Source: Ilumatobacteraceae bacterium
Lineage (GTDB): Bacteria > Actinomycetota > Acidimicrobiia > Acidimicrobiales > Ilumatobacteraceae
NCBI GenBank assembly: GCA_963695145.1
Contig: CAVOGB010000009.1
Coordinates: 437,904 to 501,903 of the forward strand
Reading direction: 5' to 3'
Length of the DNA stretch: 64,000 nucleotides
Shown here: one piece after another, positions 9,248 to 18,626 of the stretch
How positions within the stretch are numbered: position 1 is the stretch's first letter
How the letters are laid out: each line of letters starts with the position of its first letter
Position numbers and translations under genes: made by a program
Notes under the pieces: model-generated
Database searches by the model: none
The model's input: only the letters and a program-made list of their open reading frames with translations
Told to the model about the DNA's origin: nothing

Positions 9248-10087
9248 ATGATCACGCTCGACCAGTTGCTCACCTGTCTGACGGACGTCGAACCCGTCGA
9301 CGATCCGACGCGCTGGCGGGCGGGCACGCTCGGCCTGGCCGGCGGTCACGTGTTCGGGGGTCAGATGATCGGCCAAGCGGCGGTCATCGCCGCCAGGATG
9401 TTGCCGGACATGGCGGTCAAGTCGGTCGACGTGGTGTTCCCCCGCGGTGCCCGCGACACCGGGTCACTCGACTACGACGTCACCACGCTGCACGCCGGAA
9501 CGGCGTACGCCACGCTGCGCATCGATTCGTCGCAGCCGGGTCGCGACGGCACCCCGGCCGTCGGGTTCGGATCCACCGTGATGTGCCACCGCCCGGCGTC
9601 CGGCGTCGAGCACGACCAGCCGATGCCGGAATCGGTCGGGCAGCCTGACGACGCCCGCCGGGTCGATCTCGGGCTGCTGCCCTGGGAGACCCGCATCGTC
9701 GGCGACACCGACCTCGACGATCGTCGGGCCCAGCCGAACCAGCTGTCACTGTGGTGGCGGGTCGGGGAACAGCTCGGTGACGATCCGGCGATCCACCAGT
9801 CGCTGCTCGCGTTCGGCAGTGAGCTGACCCTCATCGGTACGGCGCTGCTCCCGCACGACGAGTGGAGTCAACATGACGCCCACGTCGCGCTGCGGACCTC
9901 GGTCATCGGCCACCACGTGCTCTTCCACCGCCCGTTCCGGATCGACGACTGGCTGCTCGTCACCCAGTCGAGTCCGGTGGCCACCGGCGGATCGGCCTAC
10001 GGAACCGGCCACGTGTACAACCGCGAGGGCGCGCTCGTCGCCAGCTTCGCCCAACAGTCGATGATCCGGGTCGAGGAGGCTTCCTGA
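9248..10087 (+). CDS. Acyl-CoA thioesterase II (TesB-like, double hotdog)
   Basis: ATG 9248 follows GGGGGA (the alternative start is GTG 9224). HVFGGQMIGQAAVIA and a C-terminal ...GHVYNREGALVASFAQQSMIR match the TesB family pattern. Confidence 0.8.
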   Translation: MITLDQLLTCLTDVEPVDDPTRWRAGTLGLAGGHVFGGQMIGQAAVIAARMLPDMAVKSVDVVFPRGARDTGSLDYDVTTLHAGTAYATLRIDSSQPGRDGTPAVGFGSTVMCHRPASGVEHDQPMPESVGQPDDARRVDLGLLPWETRIVGDTDLDDRRAQPNQLSLWWRVGEQLGDDPAIHQSLLAFGSELTLIGTALLPHDEWSQHDAHVALRTSVIGHHVLFHRPFRIDDWLLVTQSSPVATGGSAYGTGHVYNREGALVASFAQQSMIRVEEAS

Positions 10088-11709
10088 TGGCACAGCACGC
10101 ATGGTCGGAACGGTCGGTGCCGGCGGAACTCGTCGCGCGGTACGAACACGACGGATGGTGGACGGACGACACGCTCGGCGCCAAGGTCGCCGAGTGGCTC
10201 GCCGCGACGCCGAACGCCACGGTCAACGTCCACTCCCGCACCAACGAGTGGCACGGCACGTACGCCGACGTCGACGACGAGGCCCGCCGACTCATCGCCC
10301 TGCTCCGCGCCGAGGGCATCGAGCCAGGTGCCGTCGTCGCCTTCCAGCTGCCGAACTGGCGCGAAGCCATCGTGTCGTTCGTCGCCCTGGCGATGGGTGG
10401 CTACGTGCTCGTGCCGATCGTGCACATCTACGGTCGCAAGGAGGTCGCCTTCATCCTCACCGAGTGCGGCGCCGACGCCTACATCGCGCCCGCCTCCTAT
10501 GGCCACGTCGACTACACCGCCATCGTCGACGAGGCAGCCCCCGACGGGCTGCGCGTGCACGTGATGGTCGGCGACGGTGCCGATCGGCCCGCCCCGGCCG
10601 GCATCCGTCGCATCGGGTGGGATGCGCTCGACCTGCTCGACCCGGTCGCCGACCTACCGACGCCGCGCGCCGACGAGGTGGCGGTGCTCGCCTACACCTC
10701 GGGCACCACCAGCGACCCGAAGGGCGTGATCCACGACCACCGGACCATGCTGAGCGAGCTGCGGCACATGAACGGATGGGTCGCCGGAAGGGCGACGCTG
10801 ATGGGCTCCCCCGTCACCCATGCCACCGGCATGCTCGGCGCCGTGCTCGGCCCGCTCGGACGCGGCGGCGACATGCACGTGATCGACCGGTGGGATCCCG
10901 GCCACGCGCTCGAGGTGATGGCCGCCTACGACATCAGCGGTGGCACCGGCGCCTCGATCTTCCTGGCCACGCTCCTCGACCACCCCGACTTCACGCCGGC
11001 GCACGCCGCCAACATGGAACGCATCGGCCTCGGCGGCGCACCGGTGCCCGTGGAACTCGGACGGCGGGCCGAACGGCTCGGCATCAGGATCATCCGCGCC
11101 TACGGCTCGACCGAGCATCCCTCCACCACCGGCAGCCAGTTCGACGACCCGGCCGATCAGCGCCACACGACCGACGGTCCCGCCCTGCCGGGCGTGGAGC
11201 TCCGCCTCGTCGACCCCGACGGCGCCGACGTCCCGGCGGGTGTCGCCGGCGAGATCCTGTCGCGGGGCCCGGAGCTGTGCCTCGGCTACACCAATCCGGC
11301 GCTCGACGACGCCTTCGACGACGACGGCTGGTACCACACCGGCGACATCGGCGTCGTCGACGAACACGGCTGCCTCACGATCACCGATCGCGTGAAGGAC
11401 ATCATCATCCGCGGCGGCGAGAACCTGTCGGCCGCCGAGATCGAGAACGCCATCGCCGTCGTTCCCGGCGTCGCCGAGGTCGCCGTCGTCGCCGCGCCCG
11501 ACGCCCGGCTCGGCGAGCACGCCTGCGCGGTGATCCGCATGGCGGCCGGCACCGACCCGATCGAACTCGCCGACCTCCTCCCCCACCTCGAGGCGGCCGG
11601 CCTGGCGCGCCAGAAGTGGCCAGAGGAACTGCGCGTCGTCACCGACTTCCCGCGCACCGCCTCCGGCAAGGTCCGCAAGGTCGACCTCCGCGCCGCCCTC
11701 CGCGAGTGA
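10087..11709 (+). CDS. AMP-dependent acyl-CoA synthetase/ligase
   Basis: The AMP-binding motifs LAYTSGTTSDPKGV and GWYHTGDIGVVDEHGCLTITDRVKDIIIRGGENL are present. The ATG shares 1 nt with the upstream TGA. Confidence 0.9.
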   Translation: MAQHAWSERSVPAELVARYEHDGWWTDDTLGAKVAEWLAATPNATVNVHSRTNEWHGTYADVDDEARRLIALLRAEGIEPGAVVAFQLPNWREAIVSFVALAMGGYVLVPIVHIYGRKEVAFILTECGADAYIAPASYGHVDYTAIVDEAAPDGLRVHVMVGDGADRPAPAGIRRIGWDALDLLDPVADLPTPRADEVAVLAYTSGTTSDPKGVIHDHRTMLSELRHMNGWVAGRATLMGSPVTHATGMLGAVLGPLGRGGDMHVIDRWDPGHALEVMAAYDISGGTGASIFLATLLDHPDFTPAHAANMERIGLGGAPVPVELGRRAERLGIRIIRAYGSTEHPSTTGSQFDDPADQRHTTDGPALPGVELRLVDPDGADVPAGVAGEILSRGPELCLGYTNPALDDAFDDDGWYHTGDIGVVDEHGCLTITDRVKDIIIRGGENLSAAEIENAIAVVPGVAEVAVVAAPDARLGEHACAVIRMAAGTDPIELADLLPHLEAAGLARQKWPEELRVVTDFPRTASGKVRKVDLRAALRE

Positions 11710-11716
11710 ACCTGGT

Positions 11717-12935
11717 TCAGGCGACGACGTTGCGGATCTTGAGGTCGATGATCTGCTCCATGTCGAGGCCGATCGACTCGAGGATCGCGTCGCCGTGCTC
11801 GTTGAACTCGGGGGCCCGGCGCGACGACGCCGGCTCGCCGTCGTACTGCATCGGCACGCTGACGAGCCGGAACGGGGTACCCCCTGCTGTCTCGTACTCC
11901 ACGAGATAACCGTTGGCCACGGTCTGCGGGTCGTCGGCGACCTCGAGGGTGTCCTGGGCGATCGCCCACTGACCGACGAACGACTCGAGCCGCGGGCGCC
12001 ACTCGGCGAGCGTTGCGCCCGCGAAGACCTCGTCGAGGATGGCGATCGCGTCGCGACTGTTCTCCATCAGCAGAGCGGCACTGGTGAACCGCGGATCGTC
12101 CTTGAGCTCCGGGCGCTCGATGATGTCGCACAGCGGTGGCCAGTACTGACCGGCCTGCAGGCAGGTGAAGGCGAGCGTGCGGCCGTCGCTCGTGCGGTAG
12201 TTGCGGGTGAGCGGGTTCGACGCCAACCGGTCGGCGGGCGGCGCGGTCCACGGGAAGTTCATCGACAGCGACAACGCCATCGCCCCGCCCATCGACCACA
12301 TGCCGGTGGCGAGCAGGGACACGTCGACGACGGTCGCATGGCCGGTCTTCTCGCGGTGGAACAGCGCACCCATGATCGCGCCGGCGATCGTGATGGCACC
12401 GATCGAGTCGCCGAATGCCGGTGCCGGCGGGTTGGTGACGTTGTCGTCCTCCGGGCGCTTCTGCCCGTAGGCGATCCCGGCCCGCGCCCAGTAGGCCGAA
12501 CGAGTCGTACGAGCCCTTGTCGGCATCGGGCCCGCGAGTGCCCTGGCCGGTTCCGCGCACGTAGATGATGTCCGGGTTGTGGGCACGGATGTCGTCGACC
12601 TCGATGCTCAGCTTGGTCGCCACGCGTGGCAGCTTGTTGGTGAGGAACACATCGCACGTGGCGGCGAGCTTGTAGAGCACCTCGAGGCCCTCGGGCTGCG
12701 CCAGGTCGAGGCCGAGGCTCTGCTTGCCGCGGTTGGAGTGTTCGAGGAGGCCGTGGACGTCGGCCGCCATCGTGGCGACGCCGGTGGACGCCAGCCCGCG
12801 CATCGCGTCGCCCCGACTGATGTGTTCGATCTTGATCACCTCGGCACCGAGATCGGCCAGCGCCGCCGATGCGGCCGGCACGAACGTGTGCTCCGCAACC
12901 TCGAGAATGCGCACGCCTTCCAGGATCTTCGTCAT
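11717..12935 (-). pseudogene. Family III (CaiB/BaiF-type) CoA-transferase, frame-broken by one extra base near 12498-12501
   Basis: The N-terminal part MTKILEGVRILEVAEHTFVPAASAALADLGAEVIKIE...KGSYDS is in the frame of ORF 11286..12935. The continuation SAYWARAGIAYGQ...FGDSIGA...EFNEHGD is in the frame of ORF 11717..12586. The junction reads gac tcg T tcg gcc tac tgg. Confidence 0.8.
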
Positions 12936-12952
12936 CAGTGATGTCCCTCCAC

Positions 12953-12964
12953 GGTCAATTGACC
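12953..12964. promoter_or_regulatory. Perfect 12-bp palindrome GGTCAATTGACC upstream of the CoA-transferase gene
   Basis: Read directly. It lies 18-29 nt upstream of ATG 12935 in a 68-nt intergenic gap that also holds gaattc and gacgtc. Confidence 0.35.
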
Positions 12965-13003
12965 ACTCGTTCAGAATTCGACGTCACGACGCTACCAGCG
13001 GCC

Positions 13004-14653
13004 CTATTGAGTGCCCTGATCCTCATCCGGCGGCCTGCGGGGTTGCAGGAGGTCGGCGAGCCCGGCGCGGTCGGCGTCGGTCAGCGGGCGCAGCGCCTCG
13101 CCCTTCGCCGGACGCCAGTGCACCGTGCCGGCGGTCCACGCCTCGCGGCGCAGACGCATCTTGTCGACCTTCATGCTGGCCAGCTTCGGCAGTTCGTCGG
13201 TCACCCGCACGAACGCCGGCCGCCACTTCGTGCCGAGGTCGGGCTGCTCGTCGAGGAACCGGTCGAACGCCCCGCCGTCGAACTCGGCGCCGGACACGAG
13301 TTCGACCGCCACCATCACCCGGTCGCCGACGGGATCGTCCGGCACGGCGTACACGGCGAGGCTGCGCACGTCGGGGAACCGGGCGACGATCGCCTCGACG
13401 GGAGCGGCGGCGAAGTTCTCACCGTCGACGCGCAGCCACTCGTTCGACCGGCCGGCGAAGTAGAGCCAGCCGTCGGCGTCGCGGTAGGCGAGGTCACCCG
13501 ACCAGTACCAGCCGTCGCGGAACCGGGCCTGGGTGGCCTCCTCGTTCCTGTAGTACCCCTCGAACCCACTCGTCGGTTCGGTCTCGACGATCTCACCGAT
13601 CGCCACCTCGAGGTTCGCCGGTCGGCCATCGGCGCCGAACTCGACGGGCGGACATTCCTGGCGACTCTCGGGATCGACGACCTTCACCGACGCATTGGCG
13701 GTACCGAGCGACCCGGCGGGCATCGTCGGGTCGCGGCGGATGATGATGATCCCCTCCGTCGAGCCGTAGCTGTCGCGGACGTTGCAGCCGAAGCGCCGCG
13801 AGAACTCGCGGATGTCGCGGTCGGACGCCTCGTTGCCGACCGCCAACCGCAGCGGGTTGTCGGCGTCGTCGGGCTGTTCGGGGGTGGCGACGATGTAGTT
13901 GAGGACCTTGCCGGTGTACGTCAGCATCGTCGCCCCCCACCGGCGGATGTCGACGAGCGTGCCCGACGCCGAGAAGCGCTCCCGTGTGGCGACCGGGATG
14001 CCGACCTGGATCGCCGCCGCCCAGCCGGTGAACAGCGAGCTGGAGTGGAAGAACGGCAGCGGCGTGTAGATCACGTCGCTCGGACCCAGCTCGGCGATGC
14101 CCGCCACGTGGGCACCGGTGCGGGCGTACCGGCCCTGCGTGCAGCGCACCGCCTTCGGCATCCCGGTGGATCCGGACGTGAAGATCAACAGCAGCAGATC
14201 GTCCGCCGTCACCTCGACGGCCGGCAGATCGGTCGACCGGTCGACGAGCAGCCCGTGGTAGGTCGCGCTCGCCACGTCGAGGATGCGGTCGTCGGCAACG
14301 CCGGTGTCGACGCCGTCGAGCAGCGGGCGCTGGTTCTCGTTCGTGACGATCACCTGGCAGTCGGTGTGGCGGACGAGCTGACCGAGCTGATCGCCCCGGT
14401 AGGTCGAGTTGATCCCCACCACCACGCGGCCCGACAGCGCCGCCGCGGCCAGCCAGAACAGGTACTCGGGCTCGTTGTCGAGCAGCACCCCGATGTGCGG
14501 CGGCTGCTGCGGGTCGAGGAGCTCGTCGAGCAGGGCCGCCCGGCGGCACGCCTCGGCGACGAGCTCGCGATACGTCCACGACCGGTCCTCGAAGAACAGC
14601 GCCGTCGTGTCGCGCGTGGCATGCCCGCGCAGGACCGCCGCGGCCGTGGTCAA
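13004..14653 (-). CDS. AMP-dependent acyl-CoA synthetase/ligase
   Basis: LIFTSGSTGMPKAV and GWYWSGDLAYRDADGWLYFAGRSNEWLRVDGENF are present. The only in-frame start near the conserved N-terminus is TTG 14653, which overlaps the upstream TGA (TTGA). Confidence 0.85.
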   Translation of the reverse strand: MTTAAAVLRGHATRDTTALFFEDRSWTYRELVAEACRRAALLDELLDPQQPPHIGVLLDNEPEYLFWLAAAALSGRVVVGINSTYRGDQLGQLVRHTDCQVIVTNENQRPLLDGVDTGVADDRILDVASATYHGLLVDRSTDLPAVEVTADDLLLLIFTSGSTGMPKAVRCTQGRYARTGAHVAGIAELGPSDVIYTPLPFFHSSSLFTGWAAAIQVGIPVATRERFSASGTLVDIRRWGATMLTYTGKVLNYIVATPEQPDDADNPLRLAVGNEASDRDIREFSRRFGCNVRDSYGSTEGIIIIRRDPTMPAGSLGTANASVKVVDPESRQECPPVEFGADGRPANLEVAIGEIVETEPTSGFEGYYRNEEATQARFRDGWYWSGDLAYRDADGWLYFAGRSNEWLRVDGENFAAAPVEAIVARFPDVRSLAVYAVPDDPVGDRVMVAVELVSGAEFDGGAFDRFLDEQPDLGTKWRPAFVRVTDELPKLASMKVDKMRLRREAWTAGTVHWRPAKGEALRPLTDADRAGLADLLQPRRPPDEDQGTQ

Positions 14654-15666
14654 CGTGATCCCCCGCTCCGTTCGTCCGGGGACGGGTCCGGACGAACGAC
14701 CAGGCCGGCGCGCGGCCAGACGGTCTCGACGAGGCGGCCCGATCGCGACAGCGTGATGACGGCGCGCCGGCCGTCGGCGCCGCCGAAGGCGAGGTTGGTC
14801 GTCACGTCGCCGGGAATCGGGTGCACGTCGATCTCCGATCCGTCGGGCGAGACGACCACCACGCCGTCGCCGATCGCGCCGATGGCGATGCGGCCGTCGG
14901 CCTCGACCGCCAGCGAGTCGAACGAGAACGGGGTGGCGGCGACGCACACGCCGCCGTGGCGGATCGCCAGCGACCCGCCGGACGGGCGGACCACACCGGG
15001 CGCGTCGAGGTCCCAGGCCCACAGGCGGCCGGTGTGCGTCTCGGCGACGTACACGCGGCGACCGTCGGGCGACAGGCCCACGCCGTTCGGGCCGAGCAGC
15101 GGGAAGGCGACCTCGCGCACCGGCGCGCCGTCGGGGGCGAGGTAGTACAGACCGCCGCGGTCGACACTCGCCCGCCGGCCCTTGCCGTGGTCGGTGAACC
15201 AGACACCGCCGACCTCGTCGACCACCAGATCGTTCGGCCCGCGGAGCGGGCGACCGTCGCAGGCGCGGTGCAGCACGGTCACCTCACCGGTGGTGACGTC
15301 GATCCGCTCGATCCAACCGCCTTCGAAGCCCGGCGGTTCGTTCGTGTGCGTCGGGCGGTCGATCGGGATGCGGAACCCGTTCACCTCGCTCCACAGGAAC
15401 CCGCCGTTGTTGGCGACCAGCACCGTCGTCGCCGTCTCCGCGGCCATGCCGTTCGGGCCACCGCCCGGTGTGGCCACGACGGTCGTCGCTCCATCGGCGA
15501 CGCGCAGCACGACACCACGATCGATGTCGACGACCAGCACCGACCCGTCGGCGTCGACCACCGGACCCTCGGGGAACCCGAGATCCTCGGCGAGCACCTC
15601 GAACTCGAGCGGCTCGTGGATGCGGACCACCCGTGTGCTGGTCTCCTGGGCCGGCACCGGCGTCAC
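14650..15666 (-). CDS. SMP-30/gluconolactonase/LRE-like beta-propeller protein
   Basis: Repeated propeller-type motifs are present: EGPVVDADGSVLVVD, PNDLVVDEVGGVWFTD and GPNGVGLSPDGRRVYVAET. GTG 15666 overlaps the upstream stop. Confidence 0.75.
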   Translation of the reverse strand: MTPVPAQETSTRVVRIHEPLEFEVLAEDLGFPEGPVVDADGSVLVVDIDRGVVLRVADGATTVVATPGGGPNGMAAETATTVLVANNGGFLWSEVNGFRIPIDRPTHTNEPPGFEGGWIERIDVTTGEVTVLHRACDGRPLRGPNDLVVDEVGGVWFTDHGKGRRASVDRGGLYYLAPDGAPVREVAFPLLGPNGVGLSPDGRRVYVAETHTGRLWAWDLDAPGVVRPSGGSLAIRHGGVCVAATPFSFDSLAVEADGRIAIGAIGDGVVVVSPDGSEIDVHPIPGDVTTNLAFGGADGRRAVITLSRSGRLVETVWPRAGLVVRPDPSPDERSGGSR

Positions 15667-16109
15667 ACGACCTCGATGCGCAGCCGCGTCAGGCGGCTGG
15701 ACGCGATCCGCCAGCGCCCGTCGTCGGCCTTCACATACGTGTCGTGATAGTGGCCGAAGCCGTGCACCGACGTGATCGGCGCGGATTCCGGGAACTGCAG
15801 ACGGTCCTCCATCGCCCAGATCGCGGACGCGGTGGTCGCCGACGTGACCTCGATCTCCGGCATGTGGCCGTGATGGACGGTCTGGACGTCGGCCAGCGTC
15901 GGGATCAACATGGCGAGGAACGCCTCGAGGCCCTCGAACACCCCGCCGCCGTCGCCGCTCACGTCGATCACGACGTCGGGCGTGAACAGCTCCCGGAACC
16001 CGTCCCAGTCCTTCGTGTCCATGAGGCGGAAGTAGCGCGCCTTGAGTTGCTTGATCGCTTCGAGATCGTCACTCGTCGCTGCGTCGGTGGCCGGCACTCG
16101 GTCGCTCAT
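15663..16109 (-). CDS. SnoaL-like / NTF2-fold protein
   Basis: 148 aa with IKQLKARYFRLMDTKDWDGFRELFTPD at the N-terminus, typical of NTF2-like (SnoaL/BaiE-like) proteins. Confidence 0.7.
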   Translation of the reverse strand: MSDRVPATDAATSDDLEAIKQLKARYFRLMDTKDWDGFRELFTPDVVIDVSGDGGGVFEGLEAFLAMLIPTLADVQTVHHGHMPEIEVTSATTASAIWAMEDRLQFPESAPITSVHGFGHYHDTYVKADDGRWRIASSRLTRLRIEVV

Positions 16110-16114
16110 GGCGC

Positions 16115-16966
16115 TCAGAACGCGATCTGATTCGTGGTGAGCGCTCCGACCACGCCGCCGTCGACGAGCAGGTCGGTGCCGGTGACGAACGCCGCTGACG
16201 GTCCGACGAGGAATTCGGTGGCGGCCGCGATGTCGTCGGCGGTGCCGAGGCGGCCGGTCCCCGAGCCGTCGACCATCGCCTGCATGAACGCGCCGGATCC
16301 GCCGGCGAGTTCCGCGAGCCCCATCGGCGTGGCGATCACGCCCGGGCTGATCGAGTTGAGGCGCGCACCCCGTTCGCCCCAGGCGACCGATTGCGCCCGG
16401 ACGCGCACGTGGTTCCCCCGCTTGGCGAACGTGTACGCCAGCCCCGGGTCGCCGCCGCGGATCGCCTCGGTCGCCGGGAGCGTCGCCAGTTCGTCGGCGG
16501 GCGCGGTGGCGAGCGCCACGAGCACGTCGGGTTCGATCGGCGGACCCATGTGGCCGGCCATCGAGGCGATGACGACACCGGCTCCGCCGCGCGCCATGAC
16601 CGGCGCGAACGCGTCGAGGACGTGCGCGGTGCCCACGAGGTCGACGGCGATGATGGCGTCGGTCGAGGCGTGCACCGGTGAGACGCCGGCGGTGTGGACC
16701 ATCGCGACCACCGGACCGAAGCCGGCGGCGACCCGGGCCAGTTCGGTGACGGAGTCACGGTCGGAGACGTCGACGAGTTGCGTGGTGACGACGTGACCGA
16801 TCCCGGTGAGTGCCGCCGACACGCCGCTGAGTGCACCCTCGTCGACGTCGGCCAGCACGAGGTGACGTCCGGGAGCGAGCCGGTGGGCGACCGCCCGGCC
16901 CATCCCGCCGGTGCCCGTGATCACCACCACGCCCGTCACCTGGCCGCGGCCGGTCAACTCACTCAT
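16115..16966 (-). CDS. SDR family oxidoreductase
   Basis: It has the Rossmann motif ITGTGGMGRAV and the catalytic YTFAKRG (YxxxK). Confidence 0.85.
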   Translation of the reverse strand: MSELTGRGQVTGVVVITGTGGMGRAVAHRLAPGRHLVLADVDEGALSGVSAALTGIGHVVTTQLVDVSDRDSVTELARVAAGFGPVVAMVHTAGVSPVHASTDAIIAVDLVGTAHVLDAFAPVMARGGAGVVIASMAGHMGPPIEPDVLVALATAPADELATLPATEAIRGGDPGLAYTFAKRGNHVRVRAQSVAWGERGARLNSISPGVIATPMGLAELAGGSGAFMQAMVDGSGTGRLGTADDIAAATEFLVGPSAAFVTGTDLLVDGGVVGALTTNQIAF

Positions 16967-17849
16967 GATCCCTCCTGTCGGGTCGGCGATCGAGTCCGAG
17001 CACCCGCCGCGCGTTGTCGCGGAGGAACGCCGGGAACACGTCGTCGTGGAACGGTACGTCGTCGAGCTCGGTCATGATCCGCTCCAGCGACAGTCCCATC
17101 GGGAAGTAGCCGCCGTACATGATCCGACCGGCACCACGGGTGTTGGCGAACTCGACGATCTGGCGCGGGTAGTAGCGGGGTGCGAACGCGGACGTCGAGT
17201 AGTGGAGGTTGGGCCACTTGAGCATCAGCTTCACGGCCAGGTCGACCCACGGTTCGGCGCCGTGGCGCATCACCAGCACCAGTTCCGGGAAGTCGTACAT
17301 CACCTGGTCGAGCAGCTCGACCTTCTGGCACAGCGAGGGCACGCGCGGGCCGGCGATGCCGACGGTCACGAACAGCGGCAACCCGAGCTCGACGCACTTC
17401 GCGTACAGCGGGTACATCCGCGGCGCGTCGATGGCGACCTGCGGCGACACCGCGTGGGGGAACACCGACACGGCGCGCACGTCCCACTCGGCGTGCGCGG
17501 CGACGAGATCGCGGATGTCGTCCATCCCCCGGTTCGGGTCGGACGTGTACGACGCCACGAACCGGTCGGGGTGGGCGCGCAGGGCGCGGGCGGCAGCCTC
17601 GGGCGCGGCCGTGAGGCTGACCAGCCCGACGTCGATGCCGAAACGATCCATCTCGGCGAGCGTGACCGCCACCGGATCGGCCTCGGCGGCGTGTTCGGGC
17701 ACGTCGTGGAACATGTACGACGCCGGCATCGTGAACGACTCCTGCGACTCGCGGTCGCGGAGCAACTGCCGACGCATCGTCTCGTAGAGCTGGTCGTGAT
17801 CGACCGGGAACCCGATCATCGTGTCGACGATGCCGACCGCGGGCCTCAT
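16959..17849 (-). CDS. Amidohydrolase_2 family metal-dependent hydrolase (TIM barrel)
   Basis: 296 aa with overall similarity to ACMSD/LigW-type amidohydrolase_2 proteins (VDTMIGFP..., ...HGAEPW..., YFPMG...). It overlaps the next gene by 8 nt. Confidence 0.7.
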   Translation of the reverse strand: MRPAVGIVDTMIGFPVDHDQLYETMRRQLLRDRESQESFTMPASYMFHDVPEHAAEADPVAVTLAEMDRFGIDVGLVSLTAAPEAAARALRAHPDRFVASYTSDPNRGMDDIRDLVAAHAEWDVRAVSVFPHAVSPQVAIDAPRMYPLYAKCVELGLPLFVTVGIAGPRVPSLCQKVELLDQVMYDFPELVLVMRHGAEPWVDLAVKLMLKWPNLHYSTSAFAPRYYPRQIVEFANTRGAGRIMYGGYFPMGLSLERIMTELDDVPFHDDVFPAFLRDNARRVLGLDRRPDRRDHE

Positions 17850-17868
17850 GCCGTCACCCTAGCCAACG

Positions 17869-17887
17869 TGTCATACTGATCTTGACA
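17869..17887. promoter_or_regulatory. Inverted repeat TGTCA-N9-TGACA in the divergent TetR/amidohydrolase promoter region
   Basis: Read directly (tgtcatactgatcttgaca). It contains a perfect TTGACA hexamer at 17882-17887 and lies between divergent starts 17849 (-) and 17919 (+). Confidence 0.4.
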
Positions 17888-17918
17888 TCGAAGTCGATAA
17901 CGACTGCAGAGGTATTCC

Positions 17919-18563
17919 ATGCCCCGTGCGAGCCAGATCACCGAGCACCGACCCGACGCGCCGCGGTCCCGCAAGGGTGTGGCGACCCGCGCCCGTCTCG
18001 TCGAGGCCGCCAAGGACGAGTTCGAGCGGACCGGGTTCCTCGAGGCCCGCATCTCCGACATCGCCGAGCGCGCCGGCCTGTCGCACGGCAGCTTCTACCA
18101 CTACTTCGATTCCAAGGAACAGATCTTCCGCGAGGTCGCCGAAGCCCAGGAAGCGTTGCTCACCGCTCCCGACGACGGCGATCCGGCGACCGGGACCACC
18201 GAGTTCGAGCGCATCCTGCGCGCCAACCGCCGCTACCTCGACCGCTACCGGGCGAACGGGCGGATCATGGGCGTGATCGAGGAGGTGTCGCGCTACGACA
18301 GCCTCGTCAACGACGCCCGCATGCGCCGGCAGAAACACTTCGCCGAGCGGGCCGAAGCATCCGTGCGGCGGCTGCAGGAGGCGGGCGTCGCCCATCCCGA
18401 CATCGACCCGGAGATCGCCGCCGTCGCCCTCGGCGCGATGATCGCCCGGTTCGCGGAACTGTGGCTCGTGGAGCACTGGGGCGACTACGACTTCGACCAC
18501 GCCGCCGAGCAGGTCACCAGGCTCTGGGCAAATGCGATCGGCCTGCGCGAGGCCGCCGTCTGA
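17919..18563 (+). CDS. TetR family transcriptional regulator
   Basis: It has an N-terminal HTH (ATRARLVEAAKDEFERTGFLEARISDIAERAGLSHGSFYHYF) and a helical C-terminal ligand domain. Confidence 0.9.
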   Translation: MPRASQITEHRPDAPRSRKGVATRARLVEAAKDEFERTGFLEARISDIAERAGLSHGSFYHYFDSKEQIFREVAEAQEALLTAPDDGDPATGTTEFERILRANRRYLDRYRANGRIMGVIEEVSRYDSLVNDARMRRQKHFAERAEASVRRLQEAGVAHPDIDPEIAAVALGAMIARFAELWLVEHWGDYDFDHAAEQVTRLWANAIGLREAAV

Positions 18564-18626
18564 CCGCGGCGATGTCGTTGTCCCGCACGGGCGCCGGTAC
18601 ATCGACATCGCACGGTGGAATCAACG

